23,056 nt of DNA from a virus (taxonomy: Duplodnaviria; Heunggongvirae; Uroviricota; Caudoviricetes): the IMG/VR virus record IMGVR_UViG_2695420651_000007, one strand, 5' to 3'. Position numbers and translations under genes: made by a program. The notes under the pieces are model-generated. The model was given only the letters and a program-made list of their open reading frames with translations. It ran no database searches and had not been told where the DNA came from. Each line of letters opens with the position of its first letter. Within the stretch, counting starts at the first letter, position 1. Below, piece by piece: positions 1-7,903 of the stretch.

Positions 1-100
1 GGCAGAAGCAGAAAAAGCTTATTATGCTTCCATCAGAAACGATGATCTGGCAGCCTGAGTTCACAGATAAAACACTCTCCAGGAAAACCGGGGCGGTTCA
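1..100 (+). mobile_element. IS3-family insertion sequence (IS629/IS1203-like), right-terminal ~100 bp; element continues beyond the window start
   Basis: Reverse complement of 74-100 is TGAACCGCCCCGGTTTTCCTGGAGAGT, an imperfect inverted copy of TGAACCGCCCCGGGAATCCTGGAGACT at 22974-23000. A short plus-strand reading frame ending at a TGA at 56-58 is consistent with the 3' end of a transposase orfB. Confidence 0.6.
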
Positions 101-2755
101 TATCGATTTCATCATGGTTGCCTGCGCCAGGATTTTCGCCATATCTGACAGCACAGAAGAGGTGAAGGATTTGAAATTGAGTTTGCCGGTAGTGACAAAA
201 GTTGCCAGGCCATTTCCCATGTTGCTGAAGGCTGACGAGAACACCTGTTCTGCTGTTTCTGCCGTATTATCTGCATCCACGGTAAAATCCTGAAATGCAC
301 GCAGGACTCCGTTTTTCCAGTTACCCTGTACAACTTCAAGCTGTTGCCAGTAACGGCGATTCTCATTCAGTTGTCGGTTCAGGCTCTCCGTCAGCGCCTG
401 CTCGGCCTTTCTGTAGTCATCCGTGTTATATGTCCCTTTCTGCTCACTATCCCGCCTCAACTGCTCCAGCTGTTGCTGGTATTTCTGGCGAAGACTCAGT
501 TGTACCTGATATCGCTGTCGCTGCTGATCACCCATACCCACCGTGGCGATATCCAGGTCATGTTGCTGACGCTGAGCGCGCTCTTCTTCAGCCAGTTGAC
601 TGGTCAGCTGAATTGTTTTTTTCTTCAGCTCGTTGAGTGCCGTCTGTTTCTGAAGCTCCTGCTGTTTTACATCCAGCAGCGTCAGTGCCTGAATCAGTTC
701 ATCTTTACGGGCCAGCACACTCTTTTCATCTGCCGTCAGTTTTTTCCCGTCCAGGTCGCTGATGCGCTGCTGCAGAGCCAGAAGCTGTTTATGCGCTTCT
801 GTCATCCTTTCCGTGGCAATGCCTGCTGACTGTCTGGCAGCAGCAATCTGTCCTTCCACCTGTGCCTGTTGCTGACTGTACTGCAGCAATAACCGGGTGG
901 CCTCATCATTACGGGGTTCGCGTGTTTTTTTCTTACCGGATGCCAGGGCTTTCTCGTAACGTTCATTTTCACGTTGTATCGCCGCATCCCTGACAGCCTG
1001 ATCGGCGTACTGCATGGCATTAATACGCGCTATTTCACGCTGATGTCGTGCTGCTTCCGTTTCATTCATCCGGTTCAGTGCAGCATTTTCAGCATTACGG
1101 CGTTTCTGTTGCTCCTGATAATTCCGCTCTGCCTGCTCTTTTGCATCCTGCAAATCCTTCTGGCGTTTTTTCTCCTGAAGATCGTTAAGACGCTGCTGAT
1201 CGTATTCAACCTGAGAAGATGATGCCGTCCAGGGGAGTCTTTTCGCCCGCGACACTTTCTCCTGTAAAGCGGCAATCTGTTCATCCAGCGAGTCTTCACG
1301 ACCAATATTCATGGCCGCATCCCAGAAACGACTCCACAAATCAGACAGATACTTCAGCGTACTGCCAAGCGCATTGAGGTTATTATCAATATCCGCAGTA
1401 CGCCGACCGGTTTCCTCTGCCAGTGCAGACATGGCTATCCGTGCAGCATCACTGGACCGCCCCTGCTCCCCAAGGACGCGTATCTGCTCAAGCTGAGTGG
1501 CAGTAAGAAAATGCAGCTCATTGTCCAGAGCCTTCGCGGCATTTACAGGATCATCCTTCAGCCGCTTAAACTGATTTATGGTATCGCTGACCGACTGGCC
1601 AACCGATCGCTCCATCTGTGCGGCAGCTCTCGCCACCATACCGATATCGTTTCCACGAAATGCACCACTCCCCACCACCTGAGCCAGCGCACCGGCTGCA
1701 GCATGTTGCGTGATACCATTCCCGGAAATAGCACGACTGAGCGTCCACAGCTGCCCGGCAGTGACTCCGGCATAATGCCCCGTCAGCGACAGCTGGCGGT
1801 TAAATTCTTCCCCCTCCTTCTGACCGTCATACCAGGCTTTACCCAGACCATAGACAGCCGCGGCAATACCGCCAATAACCGCTCCTGGCATCATGCCTTT
1901 CGGTGACATCAGTGTGTCTATCCACCCGGCACGGTTAGCCAGCGTTATTCCGGATCCCCTCAGCGCACCTAAATTACCGCGGGCCAGTTCACCTATCAGA
2001 ACGCCTATCTCCTGACGGGCTGCTGCACTTTTCAGACCCAGCGAATGCGTGGCTTTTCCTGCCTGCTCCATTTTGCGGATATACACTTCTGCAGCACTGC
2101 TTACCCCCAGCTGGGCAGCCTTAGCACGAAGCAACTCAGAAGAAGAAAGATTCTGGCGGGTTGCCTGCTCTTTAAGCTGACGGATAAACGCCACTTTCTG
2201 TCGGGTAGCCTCTTCCTCAGCCTGTGTAAGAACACGGGTTTTCGCCGTAACCTCAGAAATCAGCGCCAGATAATCCTGCTGACCAATCCCGCCACTGTTT
2301 CTGGCCTGTCGGATCTGTTGCTGAATACGCTGTAATTCCTGCAGCCCCGCACCGGCCTGTTTCACACTGTCAATCTGACGATAAAACGCAGCAGCCGCTT
2401 TATCCTGAGCCTCCGCCAGAGCCATGGCCTGCGCCTGTTCCTCGCGCATTTTCTGGCTCAGTGCCTCCATACGCTGGCGGGTTTGCTCCACCTCGCGGGC
2501 CATGCGTTCATGAGCCTGTGCGCTCTTCTCCACCGTCTGCGCATGGACGGATGCGGCTGTTGCAGCCGAAGAAGCCGCCTGCATTGTCTGCCGGGCGGCC
2601 TGAGTCTGACGCTCCATAAAACGCTGCATACGGGCAGAAGACCGTTCTGCATCGCTGGCTGCACCATTCAGAAGGTTTTTGATACGGGGAATTTCATTTT
2701 TAAACTCTGCCGCATCAATCCCCAAATCAATGACCAGGTTGGCTATCTGGTCCAT
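98..2755 (-). CDS. H: Tail tape measure protein (lambda gpH-like); 3' end apparently truncated, the stop codon is the terminal TGA of the IS
   Basis: 885-aa coiled-coil-rich ORF. N-terminus (MDQIANLVIDLGIDAAEF) and C-terminal motif (SSVLSDMAKILAQA) resemble lambda H. Start ATG at 2755 is preceded by GGAGGTG. ORF stops at 98-100, which is the IS inverted-repeat terminus. Confidence 0.8.
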   Translation of the reverse strand: MDQIANLVIDLGIDAAEFKNEIPRIKNLLNGAASDAERSSARMQRFMERQTQAARQTMQAASSAATAASVHAQTVEKSAQAHERMAREVEQTRQRMEALSQKMREEQAQAMALAEAQDKAAAAFYRQIDSVKQAGAGLQELQRIQQQIRQARNSGGIGQQDYLALISEVTAKTRVLTQAEEEATRQKVAFIRQLKEQATRQNLSSSELLRAKAAQLGVSSAAEVYIRKMEQAGKATHSLGLKSAAARQEIGVLIGELARGNLGALRGSGITLANRAGWIDTLMSPKGMMPGAVIGGIAAAVYGLGKAWYDGQKEGEEFNRQLSLTGHYAGVTAGQLWTLSRAISGNGITQHAAAGALAQVVGSGAFRGNDIGMVARAAAQMERSVGQSVSDTINQFKRLKDDPVNAAKALDNELHFLTATQLEQIRVLGEQGRSSDAARIAMSALAEETGRRTADIDNNLNALGSTLKYLSDLWSRFWDAAMNIGREDSLDEQIAALQEKVSRAKRLPWTASSSQVEYDQQRLNDLQEKKRQKDLQDAKEQAERNYQEQQKRRNAENAALNRMNETEAARHQREIARINAMQYADQAVRDAAIQRENERYEKALASGKKKTREPRNDEATRLLLQYSQQQAQVEGQIAAARQSAGIATERMTEAHKQLLALQQRISDLDGKKLTADEKSVLARKDELIQALTLLDVKQQELQKQTALNELKKKTIQLTSQLAEEERAQRQQHDLDIATVGMGDQQRQRYQVQLSLRQKYQQQLEQLRRDSEQKGTYNTDDYRKAEQALTESLNRQLNENRRYWQQLEVVQGNWKNGVLRAFQDFTVDADNTAETAEQVFSSAFSNMGNGLATFVTTGKLNFKSFTSSVLSDMAKILAQATMMKSI

Positions 2756-3077
2756 AACGCACACCTCCGGAAATACCTTCCCCAAGATGCATCAGTTCTT
2801 CGTCCGTTCGCTCCGGTATCCCGTTCTCTTCCGGTAAAAGGCTGAAATCAGCCACCGCAGCATCACTGCTACCGGACACCATTCTCACGATCAATGCCTT
2901 CAGCGAGGCAAACTGCGCATCCATCCACACATCACTGAAGCTCTGCATCCGGAAATAATCGCCCCACTCACCAAGCTCAGTGGCCGACATTTCCGACAGC
3001 ATCCGCCGCCAGTCTGCCCGCCGGAACTCCCGGGCAAGCCGCATGACAAACTGCATTTCCCGCGTCAGGACTTTTCC
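2727..3077 (-). CDS. T: Tail assembly chaperone, T-like extension expressed as a G-T fusion by -1 programmed frameshift
   Basis: ORF in the -1 frame relative to G, open from the GGAAAAG heptamer (3071-3077) two codons before the G stop. Lies between the G-like and H-like genes as in lambda. Confidence 0.6.
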   Translation of the reverse strand, partial: GKVLTREMQFVMRLAREFRRADWRRMLSEMSATELGEWGDYFRMQSFSDVWMDAQFASLKALIVRMVSGSSDAAVADFSLLPEENGIPERTDEELMHLGEGISGGVRYGPDSQPGH

Positions 3078-3451
3078 GGCGTCAGCACCTCATGCTCCAA
3101 ATCCCCGGCATTCTCAATGGCTCCCATACCGCTCAGCGACAGAACCATCTCCGCCCCCGCTCCCAGGGCATCATACGACCATGTTGTAATAACGGATGCG
3201 CAAAGCGTCTCAACATCCTGAGACTGTTCCGCATTCCACAGTGAGCGGGAAACCAGCCAGGCATTGATATCCATCCCCATCCGCAGAAAAGCAATCTGTC
3301 GTTCAGCCTCCGGCAGTTCTCCCTCTTCGGCATCAAACTTTGCCGTTCGCTGCTGAACAAACGCCAGATATTCAATTCTCTGCAGCCCGGACAGCTCACT
3401 GAGCACCACGGACTGCTTTTCATAATTAAACGTGCCCTGTTTCAGAAACAT
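3065..3451 (-). CDS. G: Tail assembly chaperone (lambda gpG-like)
   Basis: MFLKQ...VLSELSGLQRIEYLAF resembles lambda G (MFLK...TLSELSALQRIEHLAL). GGTGGAGA lies 6 nt upstream of the ATG at 3451. Confidence 0.8.
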   Translation of the reverse strand: MFLKQGTFNYEKQSVVLSELSGLQRIEYLAFVQQRTAKFDAEEGELPEAERQIAFLRMGMDINAWLVSRSLWNAEQSQDVETLCASVITTWSYDALGAGAEMVLSLSGMGAIENAGDLEHEVLTPEKS

Positions 3452-3467
3452 CATGTTCTCCACCTGC

Positions 3468-3491
3468 AAAAAAGCCCCGGATAACCGGGGC
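3468..3491 (-). terminator. Rho-independent terminator-like hairpin between V and G
   Basis: Minus strand reads GCCCCGG-UUAU-CCGGGGC followed by UUUUUU, immediately upstream of the G ribosome-binding site. Confidence 0.55.
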
Positions 3492-3511
3492 AAATGATGA
3501 GTATCGTCCTG

Positions 3512-4255
3512 TTAACCTGCAGCGCTGACAGTCACCGCAGCCACAGCCACAAAATTCCCGTCAGCGGTCATGCCCACAATGCTGACGCTGCCCTGCTTCA
3601 CGCCTTTCACCGTGGCCACAAGTCCGTTCAGGGTCACAGTGGCTGTCTGTGGATCTGTCGAATGCACACTGATCGCTTTGTCACTGGCTCCGTCAGGTTT
3701 TACTGTAAAGGTCAGCGTGGTGGTTGCTCCCACATTGACACTGGCGGATGCCGGTGCCACCGTCAGCCCGGTAACGCCCACAGTTTCAGTGCCCTCCTCT
3801 GCCAGATATGGACGCCCCACACCGCTGATTTTCACTGTGCGGGTCATCACGTCTTTTGAGGCAATGGTTTTACCCAGTGAGCTCAGCCAGCCGCGGAAAA
3901 CATCAACAGTGCCGTTGGGATATTTGATACGAAACGCGCAGACTTCACCGGAGTCGAACAACTGAACCAGTTTTTTCTGCCCGCTGTCACCCGGACGCCA
4001 GGCCAGCGTCGCCGAAGTATCACCAACGGATTTCTGCCCCTGGGTTGTCGTTTTCCAGTCTGCATCTTCATCATCGAGATAAGTGTCATCTTCTGCATCA
4101 GCGGTCATTTCGCCAGGTTGCAGATCCTTCACCATCGCAAGACGCAGCCAGTCAGTGTCCGACAAAGGGTTCGCAAACGCATCGCCGTTGCCGGTATACA
4201 TCCAGAACGTCGTCCCCGCACCTTTCGTCTTTGCCAGTGGATTTGGCGTGGTCAT
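3512..4255 (-). CDS. V: Major tail protein (lambda gpV-like) with C-terminal Ig-like domain
   Basis: MTTPNPLAKTKGAGTTFWMYTGNGDAFANPLSD...YLDDEDADW...NGTVDVFRGW closely parallels lambda V. AGGAGG lies upstream of the ATG at 4255. Confidence 0.9.
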   Translation of the reverse strand: MTTPNPLAKTKGAGTTFWMYTGNGDAFANPLSDTDWLRLAMVKDLQPGEMTADAEDDTYLDDEDADWKTTTQGQKSVGDTSATLAWRPGDSGQKKLVQLFDSGEVCAFRIKYPNGTVDVFRGWLSSLGKTIASKDVMTRTVKISGVGRPYLAEEGTETVGVTGLTVAPASASVNVGATTTLTFTVKPDGASDKAISVHSTDPQTATVTLNGLVATVKGVKQGSVSIVGMTADGNFVAVAAVTVSAAG

Positions 4256-4265
4256 TACCACCTCC

Positions 4266-4667
4266 TTAATTCGTGTACGTGATCTGGTACGTGATTTCCG
4301 CCATCGCCCAGGTGGCCATCTCATTATCACGTTGATAGTTAAAACCGAGTGGGATCAGGGTGTCGATGAGTCCGGAAAGTGCCGATACATCATTCAGGGC
4401 CGGGAAAATGGTGCTCTCCATCCACATATCCAGCTCTGAATCCGGTGCCTGTGCCCGGATGAAGACAGCAATATGCAGAACAGCCTGCCAGTCATCTTCA
4501 TCCGTCATTTTTCCGGTGTACTGAGCATCACTCAGCCACACCGCCACGGCAGGCAGTTCCTGCGCATCAACAAATGCCGGAAGCCCGTCAAAAAACGTGG
4601 CGCTGTCTCCACACTGTTCCCGAAGGCGTGCCAGTACGACCTGGCGGATTTGTGTATGTCGGTTCAT
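4266..4667 (-). CDS. U: Tail terminator protein (lambda gpU-like)
   Basis: ...GDSATFFDGLPAFVDAQELPAVAVWLSDAQYTG...PDSELDMWMES...ITYQITY parallels lambda U. The ATG at 4667 overlaps the Z stop (ATGA). Confidence 0.85.
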   Translation of the reverse strand: MNRHTQIRQVVLARLREQCGDSATFFDGLPAFVDAQELPAVAVWLSDAQYTGKMTDEDDWQAVLHIAVFIRAQAPDSELDMWMESTIFPALNDVSALSGLIDTLIPLGFNYQRDNEMATWAMAEITYQITYTN

Positions 4668-5242
4668 CGGGTCAGCCATAACCTCAGTTGTTGTTTCAGT
4701 GCATACCCCAGCTGTTTCGGCATTTCCGCAGCAATGATGCGGTCGCGGGCATCTTCAAATGCCTGTGTCAGCGGTCCGGACAGCGGGATTTTCACCACAT
4801 CAATGGGGTAACGATTTTTGCCATCAATACGCCGCATCACATGCCAGCGACCATTCGCCAGTTGCTGAATAAACGCATCCCGGAAAAGATATTTACCCAC
4901 CTTCAGCACACTGCCACGGTACTGCAGTTTTCCACCACGCTGGGCCAGTCTGACCCGGGCTGTCCCCAGCTTAATGGCGGGCAGATTGCCCCGGTTAACG
5001 CGGATCCTGGCCGTCATTTTTCCTGACGGACTGGCTTTAAACACCCGGACACGCTGACGAACCAGTTTCAGGGGGATCCCTTTCACCTGGTTATCTCCCG
5101 CAACGGTATTCCCGGCAACCTGCCGGGTGGCAACCGAGACCGCTTTCTGTGCCACACGGTTTATCGCCCATGCGCTGGCCTGTGGCACCATACGGGTATC
5201 AAGGCTGTTCAGATTGCGGATGGCATTCTCAAGCCCCTTCAT
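4664..5242 (-). CDS. Z: Tail completion protein (lambda gpZ-position, 192 aa)
   Basis: Same size and gene-order position as lambda Z (between FII-like and U). AAGAGGTG lies upstream of the ATG at 5242. Confidence 0.55.
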   Translation of the reverse strand: MKGLENAIRNLNSLDTRMVPQASAWAINRVAQKAVSVATRQVAGNTVAGDNQVKGIPLKLVRQRVRVFKASPSGKMTARIRVNRGNLPAIKLGTARVRLAQRGGKLQYRGSVLKVGKYLFRDAFIQQLANGRWHVMRRIDGKNRYPIDVVKIPLSGPLTQAFEDARDRIIAAEMPKQLGYALKQQLRLWLTR

Positions 5243-5253
5243 CCCACACCTCT

Positions 5254-5529
5254 TTACTCAATAAAGATCATTGGCTTACCGTTAAAGCGTTCATGCCGTG
5301 TGACCGTCCATTGTTGTCCGTCATAAACAACGCGATCCCCGCGCCGTGGGCGGTATCCCGAAGAAAACACCACCAGAGAGACCGCAGGTCCGGACAGAGC
5401 ATTCAGCTCTGCCAGTGTTTCTCCCGGGATCACAGTCATATCGACATCATTAATCGAGGCTGTCTTTCCCATCTTTCTGACCGTGATAGCATCCATACGC
5501 GCTGCCAGCCGGGAAAAGGGATCAGACAT
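5254..5529 (-). CDS. Head-tail joining protein (lambda FII-like, putative)
   Basis: 91-aa ORF in the FII position; weak resemblance to lambda FII (RRGD-containing C-terminal half). Confidence 0.45.
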   Translation of the reverse strand: MSDPFSRLAARMDAITVRKMGKTASINDVDMTVIPGETLAELNALSGPAVSLVVFSSGYRPRRGDRVVYDGQQWTVTRHERFNGKPMIFIE

Positions 5530-5845
5530 TGAGTTTTACCGGCACTTCTTCTGCACTGGTTCCGGCATCTGCCCAGACAACCCCGACCAGCGGATCAGAG
5601 CCGCTGTTAGTCAGCTGAACTTTTCCTGACTTCAGATAAACCTTCTTACCCGTTTTCATGTCATCCGTTTTCAGCTTAGGCAGCATAAACACACCTTCGG
5701 TCATGCCGTCGCCTGTTTCACCCTGTGGAATATCGGTCAGCGCCACCGCAAAAACATCGCCCACCTGCACCAGATCTCCGCTGCTGATGGCTGCACTGGC
5801 AACAATCGCCACCGTTTTTCCTTCTTCTACAAAATTCTTTGCCAT
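5522..5845 (-). CDS. Small phage head protein (DUF2190-like, putative head decoration/cement or packaging accessory)
   Basis: 107-aa ORF starting MAKNFVEEGK with GGAGA upstream; sits in the lambda FI position directly after the major capsid gene. Confidence 0.45.
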   Translation of the reverse strand: MAKNFVEEGKTVAIVASAAISSGDLVQVGDVFAVALTDIPQGETGDGMTEGVFMLPKLKTDDMKTGKKVYLKSGKVQLTNSGSDPLVGVVWADAGTSAEEVPVKLNV

Positions 5846-5931
5846 AACTGTCTCCGCACAGCCCCGTTCAGGGGCTGATTTCAGGTACAAAAAAAGCCCT
5901 TACGGGCCATCAGAGTTGTTGTCTGCGACGT

Positions 5932-6951
5932 TTACGCCGTACATTTCACCAGACCGCGGTGATCAACTGGCGCGACACCGGCGTCAATACGCACTTTCGT
6001 TGTCACGCCATCCACACTGAAGCCCTCCATCTGATCAATATATGGCGTATCCACACCGTTGAGATAAGCCACTTCAATCGTATCGGAGCCTTTTGACGCA
6101 GCCAGGTAGAAGGTGGTCTGGCTGTTATCATCAAGACGAGGCTCTGCAATAACGGTCGCAAAATCTTTCACCGGGTTAATAATACCGGCGTTAATGTCAG
6201 CCCCCTTGACACTTGAGGAGCGAATGACCTGGTTAGCAACAGACTCCATCGCCGTCGGTACCAGTACGAACGCAGGACGAATATTCAGATGACGCTCCCC
6301 CTCTTTCTGAACGCGCATCAACTGGCGGGCTTTATCCAGCGATGCCACGTCCATTGCAGCGCTCTCCAGTACGTTTGCATGTTTCGCTTTATCGAACAGA
6401 CTTACATTATCTGTGGAGATTTTCGGGTTAGACGTCAGAATGGCATAAACCAGATCGGCAATAGTGGATTTCGCCGCACGGCCCAGTTTCATCGGGACAT
6501 CGGTCAGCATATTCAGATCATCATTGATAATGGCCTGACGGGTGATACTGAACAGCTCGCCATAGGTCGCCAGTGCAATAGTGGCCTGTTTATCTCCGGT
6601 GGTGACGTATTTATATTCCGCCCCTTCACGCACCTGACGCAGAGCACTGAAGCCCCCCATACCCACACGATGGGCAATTTTAAAATCAGACAACTGACCT
6701 TTCCGCGTCCACTGTTCATAGGTTTCAGGGGCATCTTCCCAGCCCTGCAGAATGGCTTTGTTCGCAACATCCAGCAGAATATTACCGAAGTCAGACGTAC
6801 TGTGTGTGAACGCCGCACCGACCATCTGCATCGGGTTATAACTGGAAACCCCAATACCCCGTTCAGTCAGTGACATACGGGCATATTCACGCAGGGTCAT
6901 CCCGTTGTAGACATTATCACGTTCGGTTTTTTCAAATCCGGCACGCGCCAT
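5932..6951 (-). CDS. Major capsid protein
   Basis: 339-aa ORF immediately downstream of the prohead protease, the size of lambda E-family capsid proteins. Start ATG at 6949-6951. Confidence 0.75.
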   Translation of the reverse strand: MARAGFEKTERDNVYNGMTLREYARMSLTERGIGVSSYNPMQMVGAAFTHSTSDFGNILLDVANKAILQGWEDAPETYEQWTRKGQLSDFKIAHRVGMGGFSALRQVREGAEYKYVTTGDKQATIALATYGELFSITRQAIINDDLNMLTDVPMKLGRAAKSTIADLVYAILTSNPKISTDNVSLFDKAKHANVLESAAMDVASLDKARQLMRVQKEGERHLNIRPAFVLVPTAMESVANQVIRSSSVKGADINAGIINPVKDFATVIAEPRLDDNSQTTFYLAASKGSDTIEVAYLNGVDTPYIDQMEGFSVDGVTTKVRIDAGVAPVDHRGLVKCTA

Positions 6952-6957
6952 CAGCGC

Positions 6958-7890
6958 CTAGCGGATCCCATCCCCCACAAAATTACCGTTTCCGGCATAA
7001 ATATGAGCCGGGGTATTTTTATTAGATGGCGTGGACTCGCGCCCCATCTCGTTCAACAGCTTTTCGCGGGCCTGCTCCAGCGAACATTCAGGATCGGCAA
7101 GACACTGAGCCTGCAGCGTCTGATAACGCCCGCCAAACATGGCAAACAGATCATTAATACCGTTTACACGCGCTTTTTGCTCTGCCAGTACCTGCGCACG
7201 GATACTGTTTTCATCCACCACAGGTGCTGCTGCCTGCACTGGCGTCCGGGAGGCTGCAGGTCCATCATCCTGTACGCGTGGAGCACTGTTGCGTGGCGGA
7301 GTAATCATGTTTCGAATGGATTCCGGCATCTTTTTAAATTCCTCTGTACGTTTTGACTGAATACATGCCATTGCCTTAACGGCTGGCGTCACCTGATCAG
7401 CAAATCCATGTGCCAGACATTCGGCACCGGACATCCAGGTCTCATCCGCCAGCATGGCAGCAATTTCATCGGTGGTTTTCCCGGTTTTCTGTGCATAAGC
7501 GGGTAACAGAACCGCCTCAACTTTATCGAGCAGGTCGGCATAGGTGCGCATGTCCTCCGCATCACCGCCCGTAAAGCCAAATGGTTTATGAATCATCATG
7601 AAGGAGTTTTCCGGCATAATGACCGGTTTTCCCACCATCGCAATGACCGACGCCATTGACGCCGCCACACCGTCGACATAAACGGTAATGGACGCACCAT
7701 GTGTTTTCAGTGCATTAAAAATGGCGATGCCTTCAAAGACATCGCCACCCGGTGAATTGATATGGAGATTAATGTGGGTGATATCGCCCAGTGCATTCAG
7801 ATCACTGATAAACTGCTTCGCTGTAACACCCCAGAAACCAATCTCGTCATAAATATAAATATCCGCGTCACTCTGGTGACCAGCCTGCAT
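6958..7890 (-). CDS. Prohead protease (ClpP/S49 family) with C-terminal scaffold-like region
   Basis: HINSPGGDVFEGIAIFNALK...VASMASVIAMVG is a ClpP/S49-type serine protease signature. The likely start is the ATG at 7890 (MQAGHQ), just after the portal stop; the 8151 start in the ORF track overlaps the portal gene. Confidence 0.8.
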   Translation of the reverse strand: MQAGHQSDADIYIYDEIGFWGVTAKQFISDLNALGDITHINLHINSPGGDVFEGIAIFNALKTHGASITVYVDGVAASMASVIAMVGKPVIMPENSFMMIHKPFGFTGGDAEDMRTYADLLDKVEAVLLPAYAQKTGKTTDEIAAMLADETWMSGAECLAHGFADQVTPAVKAMACIQSKRTEEFKKMPESIRNMITPPRNSAPRVQDDGPAASRTPVQAAAPVVDENSIRAQVLAEQKARVNGINDLFAMFGGRYQTLQAQCLADPECSLEQAREKLLNEMGRESTPSNKNTPAHIYAGNGNFVGDGIR

Positions 7891-7903
7891 CCTGAACCAG
7901 GAA

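Noticed and set aside
112..366. 84-aa minus-strand ORF and several plus-strand ORFs (295-636, 344-829, 974-1222, 1511-1906, 2045-2335) overlapping the tape-measure gene
   Set aside because: They lie entirely inside the long, homology-supported tape-measure ORF in other frames or antisense, lack ribosome-binding sites and have low-complexity translations; treated as frame-shadow ORFs.
6289..6873. 194-aa plus-strand ORF antisense to the major capsid gene
   Set aside because: Fully embedded antisense in a well-supported structural gene; no start context.
6949..6968. In-frame amber codon next to a GGATCC (BamHI) site at the protease-capsid junction as a possible sign of engineering
   Set aside because: No other vector or cloning-site signatures; a single restriction site is expected by chance. 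The in-frame junction is kept as a finding.
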